Assembly: GCA_963826295.1 (NCBI GenBank)
Contig: CAWGWO010000007.1
Location: 57,887-121,886, forward strand
Reading direction: 5' to 3'
DNA from: an uncultured Alphaproteobacteria bacterium
GTDB taxonomy: Bacteria; Pseudomonadota; Alphaproteobacteria; Rhizobiales; Xanthobacteraceae
Length of the DNA: 64,000 nucleotides
Below are positions 48,022-58,272 of the stretch, piece by piece. Every line of letters begins with the position of its first letter. The stretch's first letter is position 1. The translations under genes were made by a program, and so were the position numbers. The notes beneath the pieces are model-generated. The model did not search any database. It saw only the letters and a list, made by a program, of their open reading frames with translations, and was not told the DNA's origin.

Positions 48022-48588
48022 ATGATCGGGACCCGCCGCATCGAAGGCTACGCCATCGTCTCCGCCGACGACATGATCGCCAACTCCGACGGCATCATGC
48101 CGAAAACCATACGCAACGACGCGGATCAACGCTTCCTGCAGACCGAGCTCGATCGGGCCGCCGTTGTGGTGCATGGGCGCCACTCCCACGAAGGCGGACC
48201 GCACGCGGCGGCTCGCAAACGGCTTATCGTGACCCGGGCGGTCGCCGCGACAGCGGCCGACACATCGCGTCCCAACGCGCTGTTGTGGAACCCGGGCGGT
48301 GCGTCTCTGGAAGCGGCTTTGGCCACGCTTAGCGCCGGCGACGGCGACATAGCGGTGATCGGGGGCACTGACGTTTTCGGCTTGTTTTTGCCGCTCTACG
48401 ACGCCCTCCACCTCACCCGCGCCGCCCGTGCCGCAATTCCCGGTGGCCGCCCGCTGTTTCCGCATGTCGGCCCGGGGGCCACGGCGGAAGACCTGCTTAT
48501 GCGGCAAGGCTTGCGCGCCGGCCCACGACGCGACATCGACGCAGCAGCTGGTATTACGCTGACGACCTGGGAGCGTAACCGAGACTAG
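48022..48588 (+). CDS. Dihydrofolate reductase-like (RibD C-terminal domain family) protein
   Basis: YAIVSADDMIA..DG...HGR.S....IAVIGGTDVFGLFLPLYDALHLT layout. Assigned from memory. Confidence 0.5.
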   Translation: MIGTRRIEGYAIVSADDMIANSDGIMPKTIRNDADQRFLQTELDRAAVVVHGRHSHEGGPHAAARKRLIVTRAVAATAADTSRPNALLWNPGGASLEAALATLSAGDGDIAVIGGTDVFGLFLPLYDALHLTRAARAAIPGGRPLFPHVGPGATAEDLLMRQGLRAGPRRDIDAAAGITLTTWERNRD

Positions 48589-48628
48589 GAGAATTCACGC
48601 GCCGTGGGATGCGCGATATCTTACCGGC

Positions 48629-49009
48629 ATGACGCTGCGCCTGCCTCGATCCTACGTTCGCAAGCCGCGCGACAACGTGCTCGATTACGAGATTGTGCAG
48701 GAGCAAGCGGCAGCGCTCGGCCGCCTCGGCCGGGCGCTCGAAGCGGCGCTGGCCGCGTTATCCCGGCATGATCGCGCCTGCGCCGAGGAAGCCGGCCCGG
48801 TGACGGCACTTGCGGCATTGGCGGAGGCCCGAGAGAAGCTTTTGCAGCATGCGTGCTATGCGTTGTGGTGCTTCGTTGTTCAACGTGAAGCCTGCGGTTT
48901 GCGCGACCAGCGCTTGATCATCCGCGACTTTGGCGTTCCTCTTGACGTGCAAAACCGCATGGGGGTGTTCGGCGGGCGCGAAAATGGCAGCCGCAAACCC
49001 TCGGCTTGA
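48629..49009 (+). CDS. Conserved hypothetical protein (126 aa)
   Basis: Coding-like composition. I do not recognise a motif. Confidence 0.4.
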   Translation: MTLRLPRSYVRKPRDNVLDYEIVQEQAAALGRLGRALEAALAALSRHDRACAEEAGPVTALAALAEAREKLLQHACYALWCFVVQREACGLRDQRLIIRDFGVPLDVQNRMGVFGGRENGSRKPSA

Positions 49010-49122
49010 ACGATTTTCATAGTTCCTTAAGGCGCTTAGCGACCCCGGCCGTGGGCGCTGCAAGCCTTTGTTCACGTTATCACTGCATTGTTATCGGCAA
49101 CCGAAAAGGCCGGCGCCGGTAC

Positions 49123-50247
49123 ATGCTGCGAACTCTTCCTCTGATCGACGAGCTTGAGGCGGCGTTGACGTCCGGCACCGATGCGCGCCGGATCGAGATG
49201 CTTACGCGCATTACCGACCTGTTCGTCGGCGGCGCATCGCGGTATTCCGACGAGCAAATCGGCATCTTTGACGACGTCATTGTTCGTCTGGTGAGCACGA
49301 TCGAGGCCAAGGCGCGCGCCAAGCTGGCGCACCGCCTGTCGCCGATCCGCAACGCGCCGCCGGGCGTGATTCATTTGCTGGCGTTCGACGACGACATCGA
49401 CGTCGCGCAGCCCGTTCTGAAGGAATCGGAGCGACTGGAAGAACCGGCGTTGCTCGCCAACGCCACCACTAAAAGTCAGCGGCACCTGTTCGCCATTTCG
49501 CAGCGCCGCTCTTTGAGCGAAGCCGTGACCGACGTGCTGGTCGAGCGCGGCGACCGCGAAGTCGTTCACTCGGTCGTCAATAATATCGGCGCTCGGTTTT
49601 CCGATGCGGGCTTTCGCATGCTGGTCAACCGCTCGGTCGGCGACGACGACCTGGCGACCATCGTCGGTAAGCGCAGCGACATACCGCGTCCGCATTTCCT
49701 CGTTCTGCTGGAGAAAGCCTCGAGCGCGGTGCGCACGCGCCTCGCAGCCGAGAACCCGCAAGCCAGCACCGCGATTGAGGGCGTCGTGGCGGAAGTAGTC
49801 GACGGCATCCGTGACGATGCCCGCAATTCCTCGCCGGATTTTGCGGCGGCACAGGCCGCCGTGGAACGGCAGAACCGTATTCGTCGCATCGGCGAAGCCG
49901 AGATTTACCAATACGCCCGCGATCGCAAGTTCGAAGAGACGGCCATAGCGCTCTCGCTGTTGTGCGACACACCGATCGATGTGGTCGAGCGGGCGCTGCT
50001 CGATCCGGGCGCCGAGATCGTACTCATCCTCGCCAAGGTCGCCGGCTTCTCGGCCACGACGACGAAGGCCATCCTGCTGCTGCGGGCGGCGGACCGCGGC
50101 ATGTCGGCGAAGGACCTCGATCAGGCGTTGGCAAGCTTCAACCGCTTGCAGCCCGACACCGCCCGGCGTGTGCTTGGCTTCTTCCGCACCCGGGTGAAAA
50201 AACCGGCGGACCCGATAGTGCCGGCCGCGGTCGCCATCAACGGCTAA
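49123..50247 (+). CDS. DUF2336 domain protein
   Basis: RIEMLTRITDLFVGGASRYSDEQIGIFDDVIVRL...AKARAKLAHRL. The repeat architecture is typical of DUF2336 (from memory). Confidence 0.6.
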   Translation: MLRTLPLIDELEAALTSGTDARRIEMLTRITDLFVGGASRYSDEQIGIFDDVIVRLVSTIEAKARAKLAHRLSPIRNAPPGVIHLLAFDDDIDVAQPVLKESERLEEPALLANATTKSQRHLFAISQRRSLSEAVTDVLVERGDREVVHSVVNNIGARFSDAGFRMLVNRSVGDDDLATIVGKRSDIPRPHFLVLLEKASSAVRTRLAAENPQASTAIEGVVAEVVDGIRDDARNSSPDFAAAQAAVERQNRIRRIGEAEIYQYARDRKFEETAIALSLLCDTPIDVVERALLDPGAEIVLILAKVAGFSATTTKAILLLRAADRGMSAKDLDQALASFNRLQPDTARRVLGFFRTRVKKPADPIVPAAVAING

Positions 50248-50538
50248 CTGCTCGTACGGCAGAAGGCCGGACGCCGGGTGACATAACGCGCCCCTCAACT
50301 GGAAATGATTTGCTCGTGTCCAACGGAATGCGGCATCGACTGCAAGTCGCGAAGATCGTCTCGCGGCCGTGTTGACTTGGGGTTTCTCAGAATCAGCTTG
50401 ACTCTCAGGGGTTTGCATTTATGTGGGGACCTTGCCGCTCTTGATGAGTTCGCACCGACGCGATCGAGCGGCTTTCGTTTTGCGGAACGCCAGCCGGCCG
50501 GCATTCCGGATTCTCACTCTCTCGTCGGGGAGGACGGC

Positions 50539-51015
50539 ATGACCACTCAAAACGCCCTCTTGCGATCCCGGAAGGCGTTGGCAATTCCCGCCGCCGGCAG
50601 CGTACCGAAGAAAGCCAAGCTCGAAGTAGCGGCACCGGCGCAGCACGCCCAGAATCATTTCGCAATCCGCAAAGGCGTTCGCTGCGCGGGCGTGCATCTG
50701 ATCGTCGACCTGCATGACGCCCAACGGCTCGATGATCTGGATCATATCGAGACAACGCTGCGGCGCTGCGTCGAGGCCGCTCGCGCGACGCTGTTGCACA
50801 TCCACCTGCACCATTTTCAACCCAACGGCGTCTCCGGCGTGGCGGTGCTGGCCGAAAGCCACATCTCCATCCATACTTGGCCCGACGCGGGCTACGCCGC
50901 GCTCGATGTATTCATGTGCGGTACCGCGGATCCCGACGCGTGCATCCCGGTGCTACGCCAGGCTTTTGCCGCCAAACGCGTCGGCGTGAACGAGATTTTG
51001 CGCGGGCAAACCTGA
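50539..51015 (+). CDS. speH: S-adenosylmethionine decarboxylase proenzyme (small, pyruvoyl type)
   Basis: LAESHISIHTWPD self-cleavage motif. The ATG at 50539 has a GGGGAGGA Shine-Dalgarno sequence; the ORF start at 50305 is a spurious extension. Confidence 0.85.
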   Translation: MTTQNALLRSRKALAIPAAGSVPKKAKLEVAAPAQHAQNHFAIRKGVRCAGVHLIVDLHDAQRLDDLDHIETTLRRCVEAARATLLHIHLHHFQPNGVSGVAVLAESHISIHTWPDAGYAALDVFMCGTADPDACIPVLRQAFAAKRVGVNEILRGQT

Positions 51016-51092
51016 AAGCCGGCGCTCGCTCGCGATTGAACGGCCGGCGGATACCGGCCGTTTTTCTTTGATCCGCCATCGCGGGGGGCGTC

Positions 51093-51968
51093 ATGGCCAA
51101 AAAACGCTGGATCGCCGAGACCTTGTTCGACGAACTCGGCCTTCGCATCAGCTATCGGGCCGATAAAGTGATCCGCGAAACGCGGACCGGCCATCAGCAC
51201 CTGGTGCTCTTCGAGCAGCCATTCTTCGGCAAGATGCTGATGCTCGACGGCGCCGTTCAGATCACCGCGCGCGATGCGTTCATCTACCAGGAGATGATGG
51301 CGCACGTACCACTGTTCGCACATGGCCGCGCGCGCGACGTGCTGATCATCGGCGGCGGCGATTGCGCCATCGCTGCAGAAGTTCTCAAGCACAAATCAGT
51401 GAAGCGACTGACGCAGGTGGAGATCGACCCGGCGGTCGTCGAATTCGCCAAACAGCATCTTCCGGAATTCGCCAAGCCGGTTTTCGCCGACGATCGCTTT
51501 GAGGGCGTGATCGGCGACGGCTTGCGATACGTTGCGCGGACCAAGCGGCGCTTCGACGTCATCATCGTCAACTCGACCGACCCGCAGGGCCCGGGAAAAG
51601 TGCTGTTCAGCCAAAGCTTCTACGCCGGCTGCAAACGCTGCCTTAAGGCAGGGGGTGTGTTGGTGACGCAAAATGGCGTGCCGATGTTCCAGCCGGGCGA
51701 ACTCAAATCCAGCATCGCCAAATTCCGTCGGCTGTTCGCCGACAGCGCTTGCTATGTTGCCGCGATCCCCACCTATATCGGCGGCCACATGGCTATGGGC
51801 TGGGCCAGCGACAACCGGCGCTTGCGGCGGACGCCAGTGAGAACGATCGCAGCGCGCTATCGTCGCGCCGGCAGCTTTTCGACCCAATACTGGACCGCGG
51901 AGGTGCATGTCGCCGCATTCGCGCTACCGCGCTTCATCGCCGCGGCGGTCGCCGAAACCAAACCGTGA
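51093..51968 (+). CDS. speE: Spermidine synthase (polyamine aminopropyltransferase)
   Basis: MLMLDG..Q....DAFIYQEMM.H, VLIIGGGDC, and DVIIVNSTDPQGP. Confidence 0.9.
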   Translation: MAKKRWIAETLFDELGLRISYRADKVIRETRTGHQHLVLFEQPFFGKMLMLDGAVQITARDAFIYQEMMAHVPLFAHGRARDVLIIGGGDCAIAAEVLKHKSVKRLTQVEIDPAVVEFAKQHLPEFAKPVFADDRFEGVIGDGLRYVARTKRRFDVIIVNSTDPQGPGKVLFSQSFYAGCKRCLKAGGVLVTQNGVPMFQPGELKSSIAKFRRLFADSACYVAAIPTYIGGHMAMGWASDNRRLRRTPVRTIAARYRRAGSFSTQYWTAEVHVAAFALPRFIAAAVAETKP

Positions 51969-52094
51969 TGGGCGAGCCGCCGCCCATTGCATTCCCCCGC
52001 ATCATCTATTTGTGATGGGCGACGTCCCGGATTTTATCGCCGCCGAAGATGCTCTATAAGCCTGCGTACAGAAGTCAGTTTTGGGAGGATAGCC

Positions 52095-52769
52095 ATGAAG
52101 CTTTATATGCATCCGGTGTCGATGACGAGCCGCCCGGTGCGACTGTTCATTATCGAGAACAAGATTCCGGTCGAAGAAGTCACAGTCGATCTCTTCACCG
52201 GCGAGCACATGAAACAGCCCTACTCCGATCTTAATCCGAACTGCATGGTGCCGTTGCTTGAGGACGGCGATTTGCGCCTGACCGAAAGCTCCACCATCCT
52301 GAAATATCTCGCCGACAAGATCGGATCGCCGACCTATCCCAAGGATTTGAAGGCGCGCGCCAAGGTCAATGAAGTCATGGACTGGATCAACACCCAGTTC
52401 TATCGCGACTGGGCCTATAACATGATTTATCCGCAGATATTCCCCAACAACAAGCGTCGTAGTGACGAGGCGCAGGCCGCCACTGTCGAGCTTGGTCAGA
52501 ACAACGCCAAGAAGTGGCTGAAGGTTCTCAACGACCACTTCATCGGCCCGAACAACGAGTATCTGACCGGCAACCAGATCACCATCGCCGACTATTTCGG
52601 CGCCGCGTTAGTGACGCTCGGCGAGACTGTCCGGGTCGATTTCTCGAAATATCCGAACGTGCAACGCTGGCTCAACAACATGAAGAAGCTGCCGAACTGG
52701 GGCAAGATCAACGAGGTCTTCTACGGCTTCGTCGAGTCGGTGAAGGAGCAGCCGTTCCACGCGATCTGA
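52095..52769 (+). CDS. Glutathione S-transferase
   Basis: MKLYMHPVSMTSRPV...VPLLEDGDLRLTESSTILKYL. GGGAGGA Shine-Dalgarno sequence. Confidence 0.85.
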   Translation: MKLYMHPVSMTSRPVRLFIIENKIPVEEVTVDLFTGEHMKQPYSDLNPNCMVPLLEDGDLRLTESSTILKYLADKIGSPTYPKDLKARAKVNEVMDWINTQFYRDWAYNMIYPQIFPNNKRRSDEAQAATVELGQNNAKKWLKVLNDHFIGPNNEYLTGNQITIADYFGAALVTLGETVRVDFSKYPNVQRWLNNMKKLPNWGKINEVFYGFVESVKEQPFHAI

Positions 52770-52867
52770 AAGCGGACCACAGAGGACAATGACAGACGGC
52801 GGACGCGTGGAGAGGCGGAGTTGTCGCTTCATCTTCCGTCGTCTGCCGGCTGTCATCCGGTAAGCCC

Positions 52868-53785
52868 ATGAGCTTCTTTCCCGGCAAGGACCCTGCCCCC
52901 GGCGACGCCCGGGCAAGCGACGCAATCGAGCAGGTGATCGTGCCGCGCTCGATCGATCTTGGCGACTTTCGCGTGCATCGCGCACTGCCCTCCGCGCAGC
53001 CGCGCATGGTCGGACCGTTCATCCTCTTCGATCACGCCGGGCCGGCCGTGATTCGCGCAGGCAAGGGCGTCGATGTACGGCCGCACCCGCATATTGGGCT
53101 TGCCACAGTCACCTATTTATTCGACGGCGAAATCGTGCACCGTGACAGCCTCGGCACCGCAATGCCGATCCGGCCGGGCGCGGTCAACTTGATGACGGCC
53201 GGACGCGGCATCGTGCATTCCGAGCGTACCGGCGCGGAGCTGCGCACCGCGAGCAAGGACTTGCACGGCCTGCAATTGTGGGTCGCGTTGCCGCTCGCGC
53301 ACGAAGAGGGCGAGCCGGCTTTTTCGCACACCGCCGCGGCGGACATTCCGGAGCTTAACGACACCGGCATGGCGTTGCGTGTCGTCGCCGGCACGATGCA
53401 CGGCCTGCGGTCGCCCGTGCCGACGGCGTGGCAGACCTTGTTCGCAGACGTCCACCTGCAAGCCGGAGCAAAGTTTCCGCTTGATGCCGAGCACGAGGAG
53501 CGCGCCATCTACGTCATCGCGGGCGAGATCGAAATAGGCGGCGAGCGGCATGGGCCGGAGCGTCTATTGATATTGCGTCCAGGCGACCGCGTTTTCGTCC
53601 AGGCGGTGAGCGACGCCCATATCGCCGTCATCGGCGGTGCGGCCATGGATGGACCGCGGCACATCTGGTGGAATTTCGTCTCTTCACGCAAGGATCGCAT
53701 CGACGCGGCCAAAGCCGATTGGAAAGCCGGGCGCTTCGACCCGGTGCCCGGTGACACTGCGGAGTTCATTCCGCTGCCGGAATAA
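52868..53785 (+). CDS. Pirin-family protein
   Basis: PHPHIGLATVTYLFDGEIVHRDSLG, a cupin metal motif. Confidence 0.88.
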   Translation: MSFFPGKDPAPGDARASDAIEQVIVPRSIDLGDFRVHRALPSAQPRMVGPFILFDHAGPAVIRAGKGVDVRPHPHIGLATVTYLFDGEIVHRDSLGTAMPIRPGAVNLMTAGRGIVHSERTGAELRTASKDLHGLQLWVALPLAHEEGEPAFSHTAAADIPELNDTGMALRVVAGTMHGLRSPVPTAWQTLFADVHLQAGAKFPLDAEHEERAIYVIAGEIEIGGERHGPERLLILRPGDRVFVQAVSDAHIAVIGGAAMDGPRHIWWNFVSSRKDRIDAAKADWKAGRFDPVPGDTAEFIPLPE

Positions 53786-53854
53786 AAAGGCCTATAACTC
53801 GGACAGGGCAACTCGCGGCAACGACATCAGACTGGGGAATCTGGGGGGTACGCA

Positions 53855-55060
53855 ATGAGAATGAGCCGCGATCATATCCTGACCAGTCAGGCCGGAAGCC
53901 TGCCGCGTCCGGACGATTTAATCGAAGCCAATCGCGCCCGCGAAGCCGGCGAAACGTCGGATGAAGCGGCGTTTCAGAAGACGCTTGCCGCCGCTGTGGC
54001 CGACGTCGTGCGCCGTCAAAAAGAACTCGGCATCGACGTCCCCGGCGACGGCGAGTTCGGCAAGTCCATGGGCCACAAAGTCAATTACCGGGCGTGGTGG
54101 AGTTACTCGTTCAATCGGCTCGGCGGTCTCGATCTGGCGGGGCCCGGCCTCTACAACTCCGCGCCAAAACGGGCTCGCACGGGCGAAGTCACGCTCACGA
54201 GCTTTTCCGATCGTCGCGACCGAACGAAGTTCCTGCCGGTCTACAAGGAAGAAGTAACGACCGGCCCGGGTATGGCGAAGTGGCCTGTTTGCGTCGGACC
54301 GGTGACCTATAAGGGACATGACGCGATCAAGGCCGACATTGCGCATTTCAAAGCGGCTCTCAAAGCGAGCGGAGTTGAGGAAGGTTTTATGACCTCGGTC
54401 GCCCCGGCAAGCGCCGCGCGGTTCGCCAACAGGTACTACAAGTCAGACGAAGAATTCATGTTCGCCATCGCTGAAGCGATGCGCGAGGAATACAAGGCGA
54501 TCGTCGACGCCGGATTGATCCTTCAGCTCGACGATCCGGCCATCGCCGAGAATTGGGACATGATCAACCCCGAGCCATCGGTCGAAGGCTATCAGAAGTT
54601 CTGTGCGGTGCGGGTCGAGGCGCTCAACCACGCCATCCGGGGGTTGCCGGAAGACCGCATCCGATTCCATTTGTGCTGGGGCAGTTGGCATGGCCCGCAT
54701 ACTACCGACATCCCGATGCGCGACATCGTCGGCGTCATGCTGTCGGTCAAATGCCAAGCTTATTCGTTCGAGGCCGGCAATGTCCGACACGAGCACGAAT
54801 GGACCGTCTGGGAAAACGTCAAGCTGCCCGACGGCAAGATCATTTTGCCCGGCGTGGTCAGCCACGCCACCAATGTGATCGAACATCCCGATCTCGTTGC
54901 CCAGCGCATCCTGCGCTTCACCAAAAGTGTCGGTCGCGAGCGCGTCATCGCTGCAACCGATTGCGGACTCGGTGGCCGGGTTCATCCCATGATCGCGTGG
55001 GCGAAGCTCGAAGCGCTGGCCCAAGGCGCGGCCCTGGCGAGCCGCCAGCTTTGGGGCTGA
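53855..55060 (+). CDS. Cobalamin-independent methionine synthase II-family (MetE C-terminal-like) protein
   Basis: ILTSQAGSLPRP...IHLCWG...H. A single-domain homolog of about 400 aa. Confidence 0.65.
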   Translation: MRMSRDHILTSQAGSLPRPDDLIEANRAREAGETSDEAAFQKTLAAAVADVVRRQKELGIDVPGDGEFGKSMGHKVNYRAWWSYSFNRLGGLDLAGPGLYNSAPKRARTGEVTLTSFSDRRDRTKFLPVYKEEVTTGPGMAKWPVCVGPVTYKGHDAIKADIAHFKAALKASGVEEGFMTSVAPASAARFANRYYKSDEEFMFAIAEAMREEYKAIVDAGLILQLDDPAIAENWDMINPEPSVEGYQKFCAVRVEALNHAIRGLPEDRIRFHLCWGSWHGPHTTDIPMRDIVGVMLSVKCQAYSFEAGNVRHEHEWTVWENVKLPDGKIILPGVVSHATNVIEHPDLVAQRILRFTKSVGRERVIAATDCGLGGRVHPMIAWAKLEALAQGAALASRQLWG

Positions 55061-55106
55061 GCGTCCGGCGCCGCGGGCGCTGAGGCTTCACTAACGGAGG
55101 CGACCA

Positions 55107-55325
55107 ATGCCATCTGCCGCCCGCTCACGTGTTGCGCCGTTTTTGATCGCCGCGCTTTGCCTGACCGCTGCGCCCACCCCGCCCGCGAAAGCCGATTCCG
55201 ATTTGGCCTGCGCTTATCGCGTCATCGCGTCGAAAAAGTTCGTCGACCTCACTCACAGTTTTGGACCCGAGACCCCGGTCTGGTCCGAGACCGGTCCAGA
55301 CCTGGTCCGGACCGGCCGTTGGTAG
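55107..55325 (+). pseudogene. 5' remnant of a putative cyclase/kynurenine-formamidase-family gene
   Basis: A signal peptide plus KFVDLTHSFGPETPVW (the family's N-terminal motif), then a stop after 72 aa. Full-length members are about 250-300 aa. Confidence 0.5.
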
Positions 55326-55535
55326 TCAGGCGGCGTAACGCTGTGTTTTCATCCACGCGTCGATCTCGCGCTCCGCTTCGGCCCGGGCAAAGCCGTAACG
55401 TGCCTGCAAGCGCTTGGCCAATTCCTCGCGGCGGCCGCCGACACGAGTGAGATCTTCATCGGTCAGCTTGACCCAATTGGTGCGCACGTTGCTCTTGAAT
55501 TGCATCCAATCGTGCTGAATCTGATCCCAATTCAT
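55326..55535 (-). CDS. CsbD-family stress protein
   Basis: MNWDQIQHDWMQFKSNVRTNWVKLTDEDL. GGAGG Shine-Dalgarno sequence. Confidence 0.8.
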   Translation of the reverse strand: MNWDQIQHDWMQFKSNVRTNWVKLTDEDLTRVGGRREELAKRLQARYGFARAEAEREIDAWMKTQRYAA

Positions 55536-55744
55536 CGGGTGCCTCCTTGTTGCTAAAGGGACAGGTACTGTCGCCCCGCTTGGAACCGGCGAATGTCAGC
55601 CCGCGGATGCGGCTGCAATTCGACAAGATCGCGGTCATTCGGCGAAGAATCCTGGCCCGTATGGGGCGCGGCTAGCAAAACGTAAATGGACACGCATACA
55701 AGTTGGCTTGACGGAATGCGCCTGCTCGCCGAAGAGACAGCACC

Positions 55745-56737
55745 ATGATCCCGCCTGCTTCATCGGCCGATGTCGACCGCCTCGCCCATGACATCCGCGC
55801 CGGCGATCGCAGCGTGCTGTCGCGCGCCATCACCCTGGTCGAAAGCAAGCGCGCCGATCACCGCCGTGCCGCCGCGGCGCTCACCCAGGCGATCTTGGAC
55901 GCAACCGGAAAGGCGGTACGCGTCGGCATCACCGGCGCTCCCGGCGTCGGCAAGTCCACTACTATCGATGCGTTGGGCAGCATGCTGACGAAAGAAGGGC
56001 GCAAAGTCGCGGTGCTGGCAGTCGACCCTTCGTCGCGGCGTACCGGCGGATCGATCCTCGCCGACAAGACGCGCATGGCGCAGCTTGCCAACAACTCAAA
56101 CGCCTTCATCCGCCCCTCGCCGGCCTCGGGCACGCTCGGCGGCGTCGCTGCCAAGACCCGCGAGACCATGCTGTTATGCGAAGCTGCGGGTTACGATACC
56201 GTGCTCGTCGAGACGGTCGGCGTCGGCCAGTCGGAAATCGCCGTCGCCGATATGACCGACTTTTTCCTCGTACTGATGCTGCCGGGCGCCGGCGACGAAC
56301 TGCAAGGCCTGAAAAAAGGCATCGTCGAACTTGCCGACATGATCGCCGTCAACAAAGCGGACGGCGACAATCTCGCGCGCGCCAAAGCGGCGGCGGCCGA
56401 GTATCGCGCCGCGCTGCATATCCTATCGCCGCGGTCGCCGAATTGGTCGCCGCCCGTTGTCACCTATTCGGCACTGACCGGCGACGGCATCGCCGCGCTC
56501 TGGGCCAAAGTGCTCGAGCATCGCGAGAAGCTCGCGGCATCGGGCGAACTTGCCGCGCGTCGCGGCGGGCAGCAGGTGAAATGGATGTGGGAGATGCTCG
56601 AGGAGCGGCTGTTCGCGCCGTTGCGCTCCGATCGCGCGCTCAAGGCCGCGCTCCCGCGGCTTGAGGCCGAGGTCGCGGCCGGACGTCTCGCGCCCAATGC
56701 CGCGGTCGAGCAGATCGTGGATATGGTGGGGCGCTGA
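55745..56737 (+). CDS. meaB: Methylmalonyl-CoA mutase-associated GTPase MeaB (ArgK)
   Basis: GITGAPGVGKST P-loop, VETVGVGQSE, and NKADGD. Confidence 0.9.
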   Translation: MIPPASSADVDRLAHDIRAGDRSVLSRAITLVESKRADHRRAAAALTQAILDATGKAVRVGITGAPGVGKSTTIDALGSMLTKEGRKVAVLAVDPSSRRTGGSILADKTRMAQLANNSNAFIRPSPASGTLGGVAAKTRETMLLCEAAGYDTVLVETVGVGQSEIAVADMTDFFLVLMLPGAGDELQGLKKGIVELADMIAVNKADGDNLARAKAAAAEYRAALHILSPRSPNWSPPVVTYSALTGDGIAALWAKVLEHREKLAASGELAARRGGQQVKWMWEMLEERLFAPLRSDRALKAALPRLEAEVAAGRLAPNAAVEQIVDMVGR

Positions 56738-56836
56738 CGCTCGCATGCTTATCGGGGAAGCCCAACTTGACTTCAATCCAGTGATGATCAAGCGTGCCGC
56801 GTCGGATGAAATTTCGAGGAAAGAGGGAGGGCGGCA

Positions 56837-57277
56837 ATGTTAAGATTTGTTCATGCCATAAAATTCGCTGTGATTGTTGGTGCGGCACTGACGCTGGTTG
56901 GCTTTTCAACGGAGTCTCGCGCGCAGACCGGAATAGTCCACCTCAAGGTCGTCAAGGTAGGGTTCATTGTCGGCGTCGGCGGTGGCCACGGCACGTTGTT
57001 TTACGAGGGCCACAGATATCGGTTGGGCGTTGGCGGCGTCGGGATTGGCAGCCTCGGCATAGCGGGAGCCGATCTGCGCGGCACCGCTTATAATTTGCAC
57101 CACGTGTCGGATATCGCCGGCACTTACGGGGTGGCCGGCGCCGGGGGCACTTTTGTCGGTGGGGCAAGTGTGGCACGGCTGCAGAACGAAAAGGGCGTGG
57201 TGCTTGAATTGCGTGGAGCGCAGGCGGGCTTCCAGGTGACGCTCGGTCTGGGCGGGCTGACCATCTCGTTGCGATGA
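56837..57277 (+). CDS. Exported Gly-rich hypothetical protein
   Basis: A signal peptide is followed by G-rich beta-like repeats (VGVGGGHGTL, GVGGVGIGSLG). Confidence 0.5.
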   Translation: MLRFVHAIKFAVIVGAALTLVGFSTESRAQTGIVHLKVVKVGFIVGVGGGHGTLFYEGHRYRLGVGGVGIGSLGIAGADLRGTAYNLHHVSDIAGTYGVAGAGGTFVGGASVARLQNEKGVVLELRGAQAGFQVTLGLGGLTISLR

Positions 57278-57530
57278 AGTTCGGCTAATTTGACTATTGA
57301 TTGCTCGCCCGCTATTCGGCGCCGCCCAAATTATGCAGTAATTGGCTTTGCGTTTTTTGCGCGCTACGGGCGGCGTCAGAACGGCAGCGGCCTTGGCCGG
57401 GGTGGCTTCTGGCCGAGGGCTTACGCCGTCTCACGTAGCGACCGGCTGACTTTGGATAGATTGCCGTGCACGAACCTGAAACATATGTTGCTTCGTCACA
57501 ACGGCAAACGAAAGTATCCGGCAGAATATC

Positions 57531-58160
57531 ATGCACGAGTTGCGCGTTCTTCTTGTCGGGTTCGGCCCGTTCCCCGGCGCGCCGTTCAATCCCAGCGCCC
57601 TGTTGGTCAGGGCACTTGCCCGCCGGCGGCGGCCAGCCTTCGCCAACCTCAACCTGACGACGCATGTCTTTGCCACGACCTATGATGCGGTCGATGTCGA
57701 CTTGCCTAAGCTCTTCGCCGACCGGCCTGACATCGTCCTGATGTTCGGCCTTGCTGGGCGCAGGCGCGCGCTCTGCATCGAGACACGGGCGCGCAACGCC
57801 GCGTCGTTGTTGTTCCCGGATGCCGGCGGATTTACCCCCAGGCGCGGCGATATCTTGCCCGGCGGGCCACCGGCATTGCGCGGCCCGGCGCCGTTCGCCG
57901 ACCTACTCGGCGCAGTGCGTAGTGTGCCGATGCCCATGCGCCTGTCCCGCGATGCCGGACGTTATTTGTGCAATTATGCCTATTGGCACGCACTAAGACG
58001 CGTCCGCGACCGTCGGCCGCTGGTCCAGTTCGTTCACATCCCCCCGGTCGTGTTCGCGCCCCGGCAACGGCGGCGCGGAAACCGCCTGGCTTCATTTCGC
58101 TTAGTTGTCGCCGCCGCTGAAAGGCTCCTCGTCGCGCTTGTCGCCGCAAGCCGCCGTTAA
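57531..58160 (+). CDS. pcp: Pyroglutamyl-peptidase I-family (C15) protein
   Basis: VLLVGFGPFPG...NPS and SRDAGRYLCNY (catalytic Cys context). Confidence 0.75.
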   Translation: MHELRVLLVGFGPFPGAPFNPSALLVRALARRRRPAFANLNLTTHVFATTYDAVDVDLPKLFADRPDIVLMFGLAGRRRALCIETRARNAASLLFPDAGGFTPRRGDILPGGPPALRGPAPFADLLGAVRSVPMPMRLSRDAGRYLCNYAYWHALRRVRDRRPLVQFVHIPPVVFAPRQRRRGNRLASFRLVVAAAERLLVALVAASRR

Positions 58161-58272
58161 CCGTGCGGTGGAATAGTGGCCGGGATTATCCCTGTGCCGC
58201 GGCATATGGACGTGATGCGTGCCGTGGCAAGCGGACGCGATGCAAGCTTTAGTGCTGCATGGGAGTGCCTCG

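Noticed and set aside
49072-50418. 448-aa minus-strand ORF
   Set aside because: It is antisense to the DUF2336 gene, with Arg/Gly/Ala-rich composition and no start context.
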